In this document: one piece after another, positions 1 through 13,749 of the stretch
Layout: each line of letters starts with the position of its first letter
Position numbering within the stretch: position 1 is the stretch's first letter
NCBI GenBank assembly: GCA_047967505.1
Contig: CM106538.1
DNA length: 64,000 nucleotides
Source: Dipteris shenzhenensis
Taxonomy: Eukaryota
Reading direction: 5' to 3' (one strand)
Made by a program: the position numbers and the translations under genes
The notes under the pieces: generated by a model
What the model saw: only the letters and a program-made list of their open reading frames with translations
Databases searched by the model: none
Told to the model about the DNA's origin: nothing

Positions 1-639
1 CTCCTTCTTCGCTTTCTTCCCCCCAACCTGATCTCTTCCGCTCATTCACGTTTTCCAGAACTCTCCAGTAGTGGCCATCCCACCTATCAGCCCACTCGTC
101 AGCCAGAGCATCCCCCTTCCTTGATCACGTAGCCACCTTGCATGCATACATTCCCTTCCAGATTTTCCAGCCACGTCATCACGTAAAATTTACCACTCTT
201 CCATTTAAAAAATGCAAATATCCCGCAAGGCACATTAAATGCACATTTTGGACCTTTGGTCACACAATTCACACATTAAGGCTTGCATGCACCCCTGTAC
301 ACACACATGAAAAGCCCCTTAACATGGACACTAGAACATATCAAATTTCTGTAACATGCAAGTGCACATTGACTCTGGAAAATATAAAAAAACCCTTCAT
401 GACTTGACTTTACTTGACACCAAAAACATTTCACTTGACCACACACTGGACACCCTTGCTCTGGAAGTCTGGTACAACCACATTGCATTTCATCATTTCC
501 CATGAAGTCCCTGCAAAACATACTTTATTGTTTCAAAAAACTATACATTAGTCCATCATGCTTGTGAAAGAAAAATCCACAAAGGCCAAAAGCCCACACC
601 TACCCTAGATGTGTACAACTATGTGCCTGCCCACAGCTA

Positions 640-1215
640 TATACAGTGCTCAAAAACTTGATACAGGTTTTGTCCTATCAGCGGCATTAGGACATACAGC
701 TAGACTCCTCTTAGAGCATGATCACTGAGTTTTTCCAACCAGATAGCACCAACCAGCAGGACTTACGGAGATGGTGGACTCGAGGACCCGATCTAGAGAT
801 ATGACAGACTCGCCAGCGGACTGAGACACAAATTATGTTAGGGGACCTTCCCTCCATGCTCACAAGACCGGAGACATGACCCACAGGAGTGATGGTAGCG
901 CTTGTTCGCCCCGCAGGGCCATAGCCATGACACCACAGCAGGCCACACATGCCGAAAGCTTTGATTCCACCACATTAGCCTCATACAATGACACCCCCTT
1001 GTCAGGATTGATGCCCCACCCACTCCCATCCTTTGAGGATAAATAGTTTTTCTCTCTATGTATCTATGCCATTATGATCATGATTATGGACTTTTTGTTT
1101 GTATTCATCATGGGTGTTGATGCCCACTACCCCTCAGATCGTCGTATCAAGTTCCTTTTAGTCTCATAGACTATTTGGTCTTCCAAATACTTTTCATTAA
1201 CTTTCTTTTTTTATT
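640..1215 (+). mobile_element. 5'-truncated copy of the CCHC-LINE family (3' part)
   Basis: Ends in GTCTCATAGAC...GGTCTTCCAAATAC...T-rich tail like the other copies; contains *SMITEFF at 712-735. Confidence 0.55.
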
Positions 1216-1891
1216 TTTTTGTCTCTTTGTTCCTTCTTTCACCCTTGCCTAGACCCAAAAATTTCAAATATAAAAAATGCACATTACAATAGTAAAACTC
1301 TAATAGAGTACTTTCCAATGCATGAGAAAATAATAACCATACTTTATGGAACCTTCACCTGCATCCACTCTCTGATGTGCTGAGGATTTTTCTATGAGCA
1401 CATCAAAGTGAGGCTGGGTGGAAAAGGGACAGCTGTGGTGAAATGTGGTTAGAAGAAGAGTTTTAGCTGCAGGAGTGAGTTCCAGAAATGCCCTGAAAAA
1501 GTAGGGCTGGGAGTGCAAGAGGAGTGAAAAGTTTAAGAAAACAGGTAAGCCACTTGACCCTCTGTGCGTCAAATTCTCTGTATATGTAGTCAATCTTGAA
1601 TCTTGTAATCAGTTTAGAAGTAACACTTACAGGTCATAGAATCCTTTGTCTGGAAACATAAAGAAATCTCTCCTAACCTTCTCAGGAGATGTTACGTACG
1701 TAGAAGGGCCGGTGTCAAGTGCATAATTGCTATATGAACCCAGGTGTCTCATCAAAATTGTCAATATTCTGCATTGTGTTGCTTAGTCTGACTCGTATTG
1801 CGTTCATTTGTGGCAGTTACAGTCTGACCTGACTTTCATAAGGAAAGTTTCCTAAAACTGAAACATCTCTGGTTTGTTTCCTATTTTTCAG

Positions 1892-1944
1892 GTTTGGAGA
1901 TTACAGTACTTGGAAGTAATGATTTCTACTCGTACAGGAAACAT
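1892..1944 (+). CDS. PMK: Phosphomevalonate kinase, internal exon A (GLEITVLGSNDFYSYRKH)
   Basis: tttttcAG acceptor and GTATGA donor. Translation resembles the plant PMK segment GLDITILGSNDFYSYRNQ and joins in frame to exon B. Confidence 0.9.
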
Positions 1945-2201
1945 GTATGACTGTTAGATCTGCACCTAGTAATTGGTTTGCTTGCAAGATCATGAGTTTT
2001 GATCATCCATGATAAATGCATTTTTATTTGTAAAATGAGAGGTAAAATGAGATATTGAGGCCCCTTTCTAATGACTCATCAAGCAACATGAGAATTTTGT
2101 TGTATGTCTTTGTTTTGATCAATTTTAAAATGCATTGATGTAGGTGCAGTGTCTTTCTAGGATTTGGGATAGTACATGATTCTGAATGTCAATTTTTCTA
2201 T

Positions 2202-2845
2202 TTCACGCATCAGGCATGATGTGGACAGTGAGTTGTGACATCATATTATATCTATTATTGATTATGGATATATAAGTTCAACTATCTTCATTGGGGATAT
2301 AGATGCTCTTTCTAAATATGGGAGTCATCTTGCTGCATATGTTGCATAAACTGCTTCAACGATGAAAAGCATTGCCATGTTCTGTCTCATAATTGCCTAT
2401 CCTTTTAGATAGTTACTGTTTTATATATGTATAAGAAATGGCACCACAAGTAGATAATTTCATAGGCCTCAAAGGCACCCTGGTTGGGCAACCTGATTCC
2501 GTTTATCTATTTCATGTATCAAGCATGATGTGGACAGTGAGTTGTGACTTCATATCCTATTTGTTATTGATTATCGATATATAAGTTCAACTATCTTCAT
2601 TGGGGATATATTTGCTCTTTTTAAATATGGGAAGTCAACTTGCTGCATATGTTGCATATACTGGTTCAACGATGAAAAGCATTGCCATGTTTGTATTTAT
2701 TAGACTCTTCTGTCTCATAATGTCATGTGCCTATCATTTTAGATAATTTATGTTTGCCTATCCTTTTAGATCTTACTATTTTACATATGTATAAGAAATG
2801 GCACCAGCAGTAGGTCATTTCGTAGGCCTCAAAGGCACCCAGGTT
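2202..2845. repeat. Tandem duplication, unit about 310 bp
   Basis: GCATGATGTGGACAGTGAGTTGTGAC...AGGCCTCAAAGGCACCC occurs at about 2214-2480 and again at about 2523-2840. Confidence 0.85.
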
Positions 2846-3180
2846 GGCCTGTTCAGGTTGCCCAAGGGCTGCAGATCTGATTGCAGCAGGTTGGAGCAGA
2901 GGACGGATCACAGACATGTTGACCTGTCACATGGCAAGTTGGCAGTGGGCCAGACTGAGTCATCTGTCAGGTGACCCAGTCGGCGGCCCTAATTAGGTCA
3001 GCTGGATTACAAGACCAGGTTGGTCTGTTGGGAGGGTTTATACCCTATACAAGGTGCAATCAGTTGCAACCCTCTTGTACAAAGCCATGAATACCCAGAT
3101 AACATCAGTGGCAAATCCAAAGCTCAAAATCATGGGATAAGCCGAGCTCAAGGTATAGAATCAAATGCCTTCCAGAAGTG

Positions 3181-3543
3181 TACAAAGCATGTGTATAGTC
3201 TCTGTCTCTGGAATCTGTCCTCCTCTATGGTGGCTCTCAGGGTGGAGATGTGGTCCAATGTAACGTGATCCTATCTGAAACATGCCTGTCTTGTCGTGCA
3301 CAAGGCCTTGCTCTCGGCCTGCTCAGTAATGTGTATCTTGAGAGCTGATCCGTATAACTTGTCTACAAAGCATGTTTATAGTCTCTGTTTCTGGAATCTG
3401 TCCTCCTCTATGGTGGCTCTCAGGGTGGAGATGTGGTCCATTGTGAAGTGATCCTGTCTGAAACATGCCTGTCTTGTTGCGCACAAGGCCGTGCTCTTGG
3501 CCTGCTCACTAATGTGTATCTTGAGAGCTGATCCATATAACTT
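3181..3543. repeat. Tandem duplication, unit about 183 bp
   Basis: TACAAAGCATGT.TATAGTCTCTG...GAGAGCTGATCC.TATAACTTG twice. Confidence 0.85.
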
Positions 3544-4399
3544 GGCATTAGATGGCCAACCATGATAGTCCAGTAGTTGCTTGGATCCATGGGATCGCTT
3601 GTCTTTTGAGGTTTGTTAACATTTTTGGAAGGCCATAAAAGCCTATGAGACCAAAGCTGAGTACATGATGGAAGCATCTGCCCATGAGGGGGAACTAGAG
3701 TTGTCTAACACATCTCTAAGAATCTACTCAGAAAACTAGGAAACAAAATAGGAATAGAATCCATGTGTCGGCTGTTGTTCCTGCTATGTCATGTGTCATG
3801 TGTCAGCCCATGAGTAGCCTGAGCTTTGTTTGAGCCTGACTAGGGTCCTAGTAGGGGTCCTGGTGTTGAACATATTCAAAATCTGTGAATGGCATCTGCT
3901 AACGGATGTCCTCATAAGTGATATGAGGTTGTCTTACACTAGAATGCAGCTATGATGGTGGACTAGATGGAGCAAGTGCTTACAAGGCCTGAGTCTAGCA
4001 TCCTCTTGATTGGAGGTGAGCTTAGAGTCATGAGCACAATGTCCCTTGGATCACTATATTCTCATCTTCTGCGATGAAGAAATTTGTGATCTCTTGTTTT
4101 TTTAGCAACATGACTCGTAGGAACAGGCCTCATGAGTCTGGATTGGAGTCAGGTGACCTCATGTACAAAGCATCTTTAGTTTGGGAGCCTATGGCATAGA
4201 GTCTAAGGCCTTCCAAAAATCCATAAAGCAACAATATACTCTATTCCTCCTGTCTAGTCTCCTCTACGAGTGTTGGAAAAAAGAGTTGTGAACTACAGAT
4301 TTAGCTTATTGACCCTTTGGGTCATTTGGTGGTTAGGTTTTTTAATGGTTCCAATAGAGTGGTAGTTAGACCTTAGGTTCTAAGTCATTGGCCAGTGTT

Positions 4400-7300
4400 T
4401 AGAATTTTTAAAGGGGCCACATGCTGACAATAACTTTTCTTTACTCATTCTAGGGCGCGGTGACGTCCTATATATCTTGGCTAAGAGAAGAATATATCTC
4501 CCTTAAGACCAACATCCTTATTACGAGTCTCAATGCTGTTTGAAAACTACAATAGGCCATTATGCAATTGTAATTCAAGATGATCTACACACGACGGCTC
4601 TTGCAAGTTTGAAGTTTTGTCGTAAATGCAATGTGTCCGATCTTGATAGATTATGGAGGCCATAGCCAACATGCAAGTCCCACATTCTGGACCAGGCACT
4701 TGCAATTACATTTTCTTTGCCCTTTCTGTGTTTAATGAAGTTCATAGGACTATAGTGAAGCCAACCACCTGTTACGCTTGACTGACAAGCTGGGTTGTGT
4801 ACAAAATTATCTAAGAGTCTTATAGCTTGTCTTGACTTTGATCTTGCTCCCATACAAGTAATGATGCCACTTTTGAAGGCAAGCAGGGTTGTCAGCATTT
4901 CCTAGTCTTACGAATGGTAAGTGAGCTCTTTGTCATCAAAGCTATCACCCATCTGCCTTCACAATGAGTGATTTTGAAAAGTTGGGAATTGGACATAATT
5001 TATATCGAGCTTTAGATCTTCAAACCTGACTTGTTGTTCCTGTGACCACAGGATATTCACTCTTTTAAAGATGTTTTTTGAGAGGAGCTATCCTTTTTGC
5101 AAAATGATGTATATATCCCAAATAAGCTCTTAGCTAAGTTGATTTTGTGGCTTTGACCATTCCCTCACACATTTCACCTTTGAGGGGTCCACTTTGATCC
5201 CATCTGGGCCCACAACGGCTGAGATATTCAGCCTTTATGTAAGAAAATTGCATTTGCGGCTATGGCAGTGTTTCTTGTTGGACACATTCAATGCGTTCTT
5301 GCTGTAAATGAGGATGTCACCAATGGAAACAACTCAAACTGTAATGTAAGTGGCCGAATATCTTATTCATTACTGTCTAACAAGTGGTTGGCACATTAGT
5401 CAACCCTGTCATGAGCTCAGATATATCCTCATGAAAATTGAGCGCCCTTGAGGTCATCCAGCGATCCATTAATTATGGGGATTGTAAACATATTTTTGAT
5501 AGTGGCCTTGTTGAGATCTTCATAGTCAATGGGCATGCAGAGGCAGCCATCCTTCTTTCAATCAGAAGCACAGATGAGGCAAAAGAATTGCTGTGAGAGA
5601 TGGATTTCTTCTCAAGAAATTCGTTCTATATCCTCCCATCCTACCTTAGAGAGACGATATGGAGCTTTCTTGATGGGCTTGTTGCCAGGCTCAAGGGCTA
5701 TTGCATGGTCCACATCTCTTTTGGGAGGTAGCTAGTGGAGCATATGAGCAAATATGCAAATGAAATCTGAACAGGTTCCATAAATGGAGCCGATTCTATG
5801 TGTGGCTCAGCAAATTGCAATGCATATAAGGCATTCTATTTCTTGATTTTTCTAGTCAGCTGCCGTGCTGTGATTCACTGCATTTATGATGCATTGAGAC
5901 CCTACAACTTTGTTGTCTTAACACTATTTCTTGCCTGTGTGTCAAGTGAAGAGTTATGGCATTCAAATTAACACCAGTCAACTGCCTTGCTGTAATTAGC
6001 TGCATTTTTGGTGCATTGAGACACTACAATGTTGTTGTTTTAACACTATTTTCTTGCCTCTGTGTTAATTGAAGAGCTGTGGCATTCACATTAACACTAA
6101 TCACCCTAGAGATTTCAGGACAACGTCAGTTGGTCCAATATCTCAGGCAAACATATCTTCTACAAACGAGGAATTAGGGGAGTGTCAGATCCATTCATTT
6201 TGGGAACACAATCAGCTTTTCATGTGCTGTATTATTAGCAACCTCAACTGCCAACCACATGGTCAATCTCAGTTGCTGCAAGTTTCACTTTTTGCAAGGC
6301 CTTCCTGTTTTATGAAATTGTAGGTACTCACTTACATATGAATGGTCTTGCCATTGAAGCTGCCTCTCAACCGAGTGTTTTCGGAATTTCTGGGACCCCC
6401 ATCAATGGATCAAGTGACATGGAATACAGATTTGGCTGTGCATCACAATATTGCTCCTCCTCATCAACATATGGGCTACCCTCAGCATCATCTCATGCAT
6501 GAAAGACATGGCATCGTGGTGCAATTCTATGGGAAGTGCTAACCACAGGCTGAATGATTCTGATGCTCCATCCCAAAGGTGTCATGTACAAAAGAACATG
6601 CAGGGCAGGCAACCTCTGTTTGTCTCCTCATCAGTCACATCTAGTATCTTAGGGGCATCCACAACAGCCTTCTCATCATCTGACAATTCCACGATCATGC
6701 TGAGCTTGGTTGTCCTATTGTTTCTAGTCCATTTCTCGCCACATTTGAAGCATCTTGTTCAAATTTAAAAGAGGGGTCCGGATTTAGTCTGTAAGGAATG
6801 CCCTGTGGAGCACCATCTGTCTTCTCACGAGTTACCTCTAGGATCTTACAGGCATCCAGAAGCTTTATCCTCATCAATTGCATAATCATGGTGAGCTTGG
6901 TTGTCCCAGTGTTTCTCATTTGTGCATACATCCCTATGTTTGGGTATCCATTTCTCACCACATTTGAAGCACAAACTTGACGTTTTCCTACTGTCCATGA
7001 TGGCCCTAGAATGCTAATTAATTCTGTTTTTTTTATTTTTTTTGTACAGCGTTAGGCTTTGCTCCAAAAATTGCATTTGTAGATTGGCACAAGGCATTTT
7101 GCTACTTGGAAATGGGCCATGCCAGTCAAGCACTTTGGGCTACTTCTGTGTTTGTAATGCTTTGCCATATGTGCTGCCCCCAGTTTGCTTGTATTGGGCT
7201 CGAAATCCCAGCAATTTTGGCAGGTCCCTCAATGGTTGAGGTCTGTGGGCCCTCAGATCAGGTTCCAATGGAGGGTGCAATCCTTGAATAACATGCAAAA

Positions 7301-7830
7301 ACTTCCCTCTCTCAGAGATAAAATGCACAAGAGGGAGCATCTTCAGAATTCTTGTGTGTACTCTTGAATCATTCCAGTAGAGGATAATGCATAAAATCAA
7401 CTGAGTAGGCTCTTGAATGATTGGGATAGTGGTGATCATAAGGATCTTAAGTTGGTCCCATCCCATAAGTTGGTTTGGTGAATCACACATGTAGCAAGTG
7501 TGGGCATTATCTTGCAAACTGATGCCAGCATAAACAATGTTGCCCTCCTCAATCTTAGAATAGAAGGAGAAATTATCTTTCTGCTACATAATCCACTTCT
7601 CAATCTCACTCAGACTTTGTGTCTCCCTCTTAGACTCATGCATTGTGAGCTTATCTTTTGCATCTTCTCCATGTGTACTTGCATTTTCTCACTATAGGCT
7701 AGCATGATACTGAAATCGCAGCGCATTTCTCACCTCAGGTAGGCTCAAAAGGATTAAAGTGTGTCTAGTAACACATCATCCAAAGGGCTTCCCATGTGTG
7801 CCACTACTTTGCTGAGGCATGGTACCAATC
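4400..7830 (-). mobile_element. Heavily degenerate Ty3/gypsy internal region
   Basis: Minus-strand remnants resembling the RNase H end (IKHRKGKENVIASAWSR), RT (about 5040-5720) and gag; many stops; internal short tandem duplications at about 5875-6100 and 6695-6975. Confidence 0.6.
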
Positions 7831-7886
7831 GTGTGAAGCAGTTGCTGGCATGCCTAGCTGTGTTGTATGGATCCAATAGTAGCTCA

Positions 7887-9010
7887 GAAAGAAAGAAATA
7901 ACTTTATTAACTTCTTCAAAAGACCGAAGGGTCTATGAGACTGAAAAGAACCAGATACAATAAAAGCTAAGTGGCAGGCCCAGTAAAACAGACAAAAGAC
8001 TGATGTCTAAGACGCAAGCCACGAATGAGGGTGATCATTTGTAAGGAATGCTAAGGTTGTGGTAATCATGAAACTAAGTGTTGGGCATATTTGATACGAG
8101 TTTACCTGATATCAATAGAGAGATACACTGTGTTATCGTTGTGGGGGAGAGCACACAGATGCAAAGAATGGGACGGGAGGGAGAGATGGAGATGTCTGAT
8201 GAACTGACCGTCTTAGTAGCAAAACCCATGTATGCTTTTTGTGTGACCAACTCCATCGGTTACCTAAGGATAGAAGAATGATCACGGCCGACAATGGCTC
8301 TGGAGCTGCCAAGGAAGGAAATCAGGAATAGAGCGGTCACTGCTCAGCTTGATCAATCTATTTGGACCCCTCTCTCCTCCTCTGCAGTCTTTGGAAGTGG
8401 CTTGTTGTCAGATGAGCATTATCGTCACTCTAGTGGTCTGTCTCCCCAAGTCAAATACTAAAGAGGAGATGTCTGCAGTTCTCATGTGAGGGTCAGCTCG
8501 AGGGCGAGTATGTCATCTCATGCTTTCTGTGTTGCGGTTGCGTTGTGTCTCCTGCTGCCTCTGGCTCGAGTGGTCAGGATTGAAATCTGTGACGATCCTC
8601 TGGCTGGACTCAGACACGCCCTTGTGGTCTCTCCTCTACACTCAACTGAGTTGGTCTCCATGTCATTGGACCTCCAAGAGAGAAGATGCCACTTGTCGCA
8701 GATCAGGATTGGCTGAGAAGACTCCGAGTGGTTCAACTCTGCTCCTGAATAGGCAATGATGTCGTCCACGGATCTCCTAGTACACAAGGCATCTGAATGC
8801 AAAGTGCTCTTCGTCTTAACCTTCTGCATGTCACAGAAAGTGCATATCCATCTATCGCGTAGGGTGCCTTGTCTGAATGCGTAGTTGATGAGAGGGTACT
8901 CGGAACTGCCCAATCGTGATCCTTAATGCATGTGTGAGCTGGATCCAAGTATAGCTAGGCGATCGGAAAAACCACCCTCCGAGATTTGTAGGCACTGATT
9001 CTGTAGAAGC
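7887..9010 (-). mobile_element. 5'-truncated CCHC-LINE copy
   Basis: (TTTC)n tail on the - strand at 7887-7899, conserved 3' motif at about 7905-7945, frameshifted C-x2-C finger (RWICTFCDMQKV) homologous to 51526-51924. Confidence 0.7.
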
Positions 9011-9434
9011 TGAGTTTTACTTAAAGCTCATGGGGTGCTAGCCAGGTTCTGTGCGTTTGGAGCTGTAGGAGGTACATCTAGGCTGCAGTACTTGCACTTC
9101 AATTAGGTTGTGGTCAAGATGTACAATTTTTTCTAGGAGTATCAAGTCTTTTCCTTGACAAGCTGTAGACTTAGCGCTTCTAGTGAATGAGTGCCCACCA
9201 TCTCAATGGAAAATTTTAAGCGAATGAAGAGATTCAGGCACTGCTTTTGTGACAATGAATGCATGGAGAGGTAGTTTGATCACACACACAATATTTCATT
9301 TGTCTTGTGGACTCTCTTTGCTGATAAAAGGCTTGCTGATGTGTGTAATTTGACATGTTAGTTTGCATTTGTCTCTTTTTGGTCTATGATTCAGTGGTTG
9401 TATGCATACCTAAACAAGTTTTATGTTCTTGCAG

Positions 9435-9824
9435 ATTGAAGCAAAAGGACTGCCGTTGACAAGCTCGACACTAGCTTCTCTCCCTCTTTTCTCACCAATC
9501 ACTTTTAATAAAATTAAAGATGACAGTGCAAACTCAATGCTTCCTGAGGTAGCAAAGACAGGCCTTGGGTCTTCTGCCGCTATGACATCAGCAGTAGTCG
9601 CTGGCCTGCTTCATTATCTTGGAGGTGTCCATCTCTCTCCTTGCAGCAGTACAACTTCATGGCATCAGCAGAATGCTAAAGATTATGATATGGTTCATGC
9701 TATCTCTCAAGCTGCACATAGCTTTGCTCAAGGGAAGATTGGTAGTGGTTTTGATGTAAGTGCTGCTGTTTATGGCAGCCAACACTATGTTAGGTTTTCT
9801 CCATCGATTTTGTATTCTGCACAG
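9435..9824 (+). CDS. PMK: Phosphomevalonate kinase, internal exon B (GHMP kinase ATP-binding motif)
   Basis: ttgcAG...GTATTG, 390 bp. Encodes IEAKGLPLT...PEVAKTGLGSSAAMTSAVV...AQGKIGSGFDVSAAVYGSQHYVRFSP...SAQ, diagnostic of ERG8-type PMK. Confidence 0.96.
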
Positions 9825-12269
9825 GTATTGGCAGTCCCTTTTAACCAAATCTAGTGGTTTTAACCTGTTGAGTTATTATATGCTGAATTTCCCTCCTTTT
9901 ATGCCTGGTGATAGCTGCCTAGAAATGATTTGTCGTGTATGCAGACGTGCACTTGACTGTTTTGGCTTATATCACTTTATCTTTCATTGCGCCTTTGTGC
10001 CTCGTATATATTGATTGGTTTTACTATTTTCTTATCGGTATGTCTTGGTTGCATCCTAATGATCGCCTCAAGTAGCTGTGGGTTTCTGCTATAGAAAGAG
10101 ACTTATTCTTGTTCAGTTTTGATATGGAACTTATGAGTTGTCTGTTGAACAGTTTCTTTTGCTTGGATGTAATCTGGCTTTTGCTTTTAACCACCATAAA
10201 TATTTGGCTGTTCATAGGATGATGGCATCTCTTCTTGAATTACATAAATTTACCAGTTTGGGTTGTGTATCCTTGCCTCTGGCACTTTCATGTCCAGCTC
10301 ATAACATTTGTAAGGATAAATTTATTGATTTTGACCCTAATGTTTTGTCTGTAAGCGGGCAGGCACGACAATGTATTAGCCTTTTGATTTCACAGATTGA
10401 TAACATCATGTCATGCTTTATTAAATTTATGTCCACCTATACTGTTGAGGGCAGCACTGCATTGATCAGCTCATTAATGTCTTCTACATGAAGGCATAGA
10501 TACATTCTACAGAATACATATAAATATGTAAGTCACATTTTATTGAGAAATTCTAGGACCGGAACATGTTTAAGTTTTGGGTTGGAGCTTCTCTCGCCCT
10601 TTTTAGTTCACCTCTATTTTTCTGTCATGTGTTGCACTCTATCTCACTCTCTATATGTCATTTTTTTCTGTGGCTTATTTGTGAGCGCTCTTTTTGCTCT
10701 ATTTTCTCCCTGTCTTCTCATCCCTGATTGGGGCCCTCCACCCTTCCTTATCAAACACACTGTCCCTTCCTTGCCTGATTCTTCTTCAAAGCTGTTAAGC
10801 CTCCTTTTCTTGCCCCCTCTTCACTTTCTTTCTCTTCCCTTTCCCTTCTCAGGTCCTGTGCGCTCCTGCTGTGTACTGCCCGCCCCCATTGTCTCTGAAA
10901 TGGGAACCCAAGTGTCGGGGGGGGAGGTTGCTATACTCTCCAGAGGTGTTACTGCAGGCCAAAGGCCACTGGTGTGAGAACACAGAGGGCGTATGGGTAT
11001 TGTGAGCTCTAATGCAGTGGATCACACTGTATGAGTGCACAATGCGAGGTGACAGTCATGTCGAGAAGAGAAGCCCAGAGAATGAACACAAGGAGAAACA
11101 ATCCTCATGTGTGCCAGAGTCGTGAACAACTGCATGTGACTAGGGAAATAGAAAATGACACGAGAGTGACCAGGTTGGCCAAAGTACAGAAGTCACTGAA
11201 ATGGATAGCCAAAGTCACAAGCCACAAGTCACAAGTAACAAAATGTGGCCATATTTGTCAAAGTACACAGGTCCATCCCCATAGTGGACACAAAGCTACA
11301 ATGGGCGAGCTTGTAGCTCAAGCCTCTATCTCTCCTCACACTCTCCTCTCGGGCAAGCTCGTAGCTCTAGCCTCTATCTCTCCACGCACTCTCCTCTCTC
11401 ACTTTCTCACAAATGCCGAATGAATCCCCCCACTCCTCTCCTCCTTCATCCTCATATGCAATGCCTTGGCGGGTCCCTCTCCTCGCTAAGAATCTCCTCC
11501 GTTCCTCCTTATTGGTGGTCCTTCTAGCCGTTGCGCTTCTTGGTTTCTTAATGGCTTTGGCAACTGCCTAACTCGCCAGCCTCTTCTAGTCGGTGCCGTG
11601 TAAATACTCCATGTGCATAGTGCATCTGACTGCTCCAAGTGCATCTGTCATAGTGGCCTTGTGTAGTGAGCTGGACCACCTAATGGCGTTCTTTGCCATG
11701 TGCAGCTGTTAATGCCCCTAACTGCTCCATGTGCGCCTGAGTGCTCCATGTGCGCGGCTTGACATGATATTGCCTTGTGGTATGGTACTCCTGGAGTGAA
11801 CACATGGTCGACATATGGTTGACATGTGGTTGACACATGGTCAACATGTGGTCAACGCATGACGACGTATGAAATACATATGCTCAACACATGGTTGACA
11901 AGTGACTGCCTGAATTTCGGGCTGATGCCCAACAGTGCCTTTCTTGTATTTTGATGCCTTTTGAATAAATGGTAAAGAAATACCGAAAGGGGCCCTAAGT
12001 TTAGGGCCAATCTGGTGTTTGGTGCAAGACAAGGGCAATCTAGCTCTTGGGTGGTGTTCTAAGTTCTTTTGGTCTGTTGTGGAAAGTTCTAAATGGCTGG
12101 AAGTTAAGTATTTACTGGTTATTATTTGTTCACTGCCCATTGGAGATTCCGAAGGCCGGTTTTATATGCTGAAAATTCGTAGTATACCAAATTTTAAGTG
12201 GGCGAAACAATAAATACAGCTACGTACTTTCATAACTGGAGTGCTACAAAATACGTACCAAAGAAAGAG

Positions 12270-12745
12270 TAGAGCCACTTAAGAATAATAGGATGCACGG
12301 CTTATGCTCGTATCCCTGATGCCAACAGTTAGAAAACTCGATAATAAATCAACTAAAGGTATATTTGTTGGTTATGTTGATGATTGCAAGCCTATAGGAT
12401 TTGGAATCATGAAGCACACAATATCATCACTAGTAGGGATGTATCTTTGATGGAGGAACTATTGCTATCCTATCACTGATTAAGTGGTAGAAAGAGAGAC
12501 CGAACCATTTGTTGTTCCAGAACCTTCATCAATTACTGGTGAGGTTGAAGATGAGTCAATCACTGTATCTAGATGGTTTGATGAAACCATCAAAGAAGGT
12601 CAAGTTATTGATGAGCCCTCAATTAGTGAGGAAGGGCTCAAAAGATGTACAAGGATCCGAGGGGCACATAATAGGCTCAATGTGAGTCATGCATTAATGA
12701 CCACTATGAAAGATATAGCCGAGCCTGAGGATACACATGAATGAG
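12270..12745 (+). mobile_element. Ty1/copia fragment (integrase C-terminal region)
   Basis: Reads GCTAYARIPDA..KLDNKSTKGIFVGY...RIWN...IITSRDV with frameshifts. Confidence 0.65.
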
Positions 12746-13749
12746 GATCTCACACCTCTACAGATAGAGGAGAGGCACACTCTCTTACAACAATGGGATG
12801 TCGCCTCCAGAGGAAGGGAAAGTGGGTTCAAGATGGGCACTCTTGACTGGACCTAGACAGGCATCCAATGGCAACCCTGCATAGGGACCGGCTCTATGAG
12901 ACATAGATTGCCAAGAGTATGTGACTTGCACTTTTTCGAATTGTAATGGTATGCATAGGGGACCAGCATTATGAGACTCAGATTACCAAGACTCTAACTT
13001 GCACTTTTTGGAACTGTAATTGTACCTTATACACAGGACAAGATATTGTTTTCTACACAAAGACCCATCAGAGTCCTTAGCGTCCTTTACCCTTAGTTGC
13101 GGATACACATGGAAGTCGGCATAGTGTGATGAGACTAGAGAGAGAAGTTGGGTTCGTGGATCAGGAGTTGTTTTGGATTTGGATTCGACACATCTCTCAA
13201 CAAGATCTTTCTATTGGAGTGTGATATTCCCCTATCGAGACCTCACATTTTGCTAGGGATCTCCATGAAGAGGCCCTATATCCAAACATGATGGATTTCT
13301 CGAGCTACGGGAAGTCCTTCTGGTCGGGAACTTCAACGTGATAATGGCTACCACTGATTGGTTTTTTAATTTTGCTACTTGATGTTGATCTGGATGAGGC
13401 AAGGATATTTCAGAAACTCAGTACGAAGACTTTGTATAAATGGATGCTCAAGTATGTATGGGTGTGCGGATTTGAATGTGTGAGAGCATATTTGTATACT
13501 ATGGTCTACACCCACTGTTAGGCATTGATGACGTCAGTAGGGATGTCATAGTAGCTAGTCCCTGCTATGCGTGATGGAGTTTATGGTTTTCAATTTTATG
13601 ATTGACTATCGTGAGATTGAAACTGCACTATGTTGTGTTTTTAGAGGATGAGTTTGGGAATGTTCTTGGATTCATCTAGGTATATCTGCAGACAGACGAG
13701 CTTCGATCACTTGTATGTGCACCCTTTCTTGGACATGGGCAGGATACAA

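Noticed and set aside
1625-1720. Possible upstream PMK exon after an acAG
   Set aside because: I could not get a translation matching the expected NPFVE...LLLQ segment.
11790-11905. Short interspersed repeats (ACATGG/TTGAC) reminiscent of a CRISPR array
   Set aside because: Imperfect 11-12 bp tandem units with no unique spacers, in eukaryotic TE context, and no cas genes.
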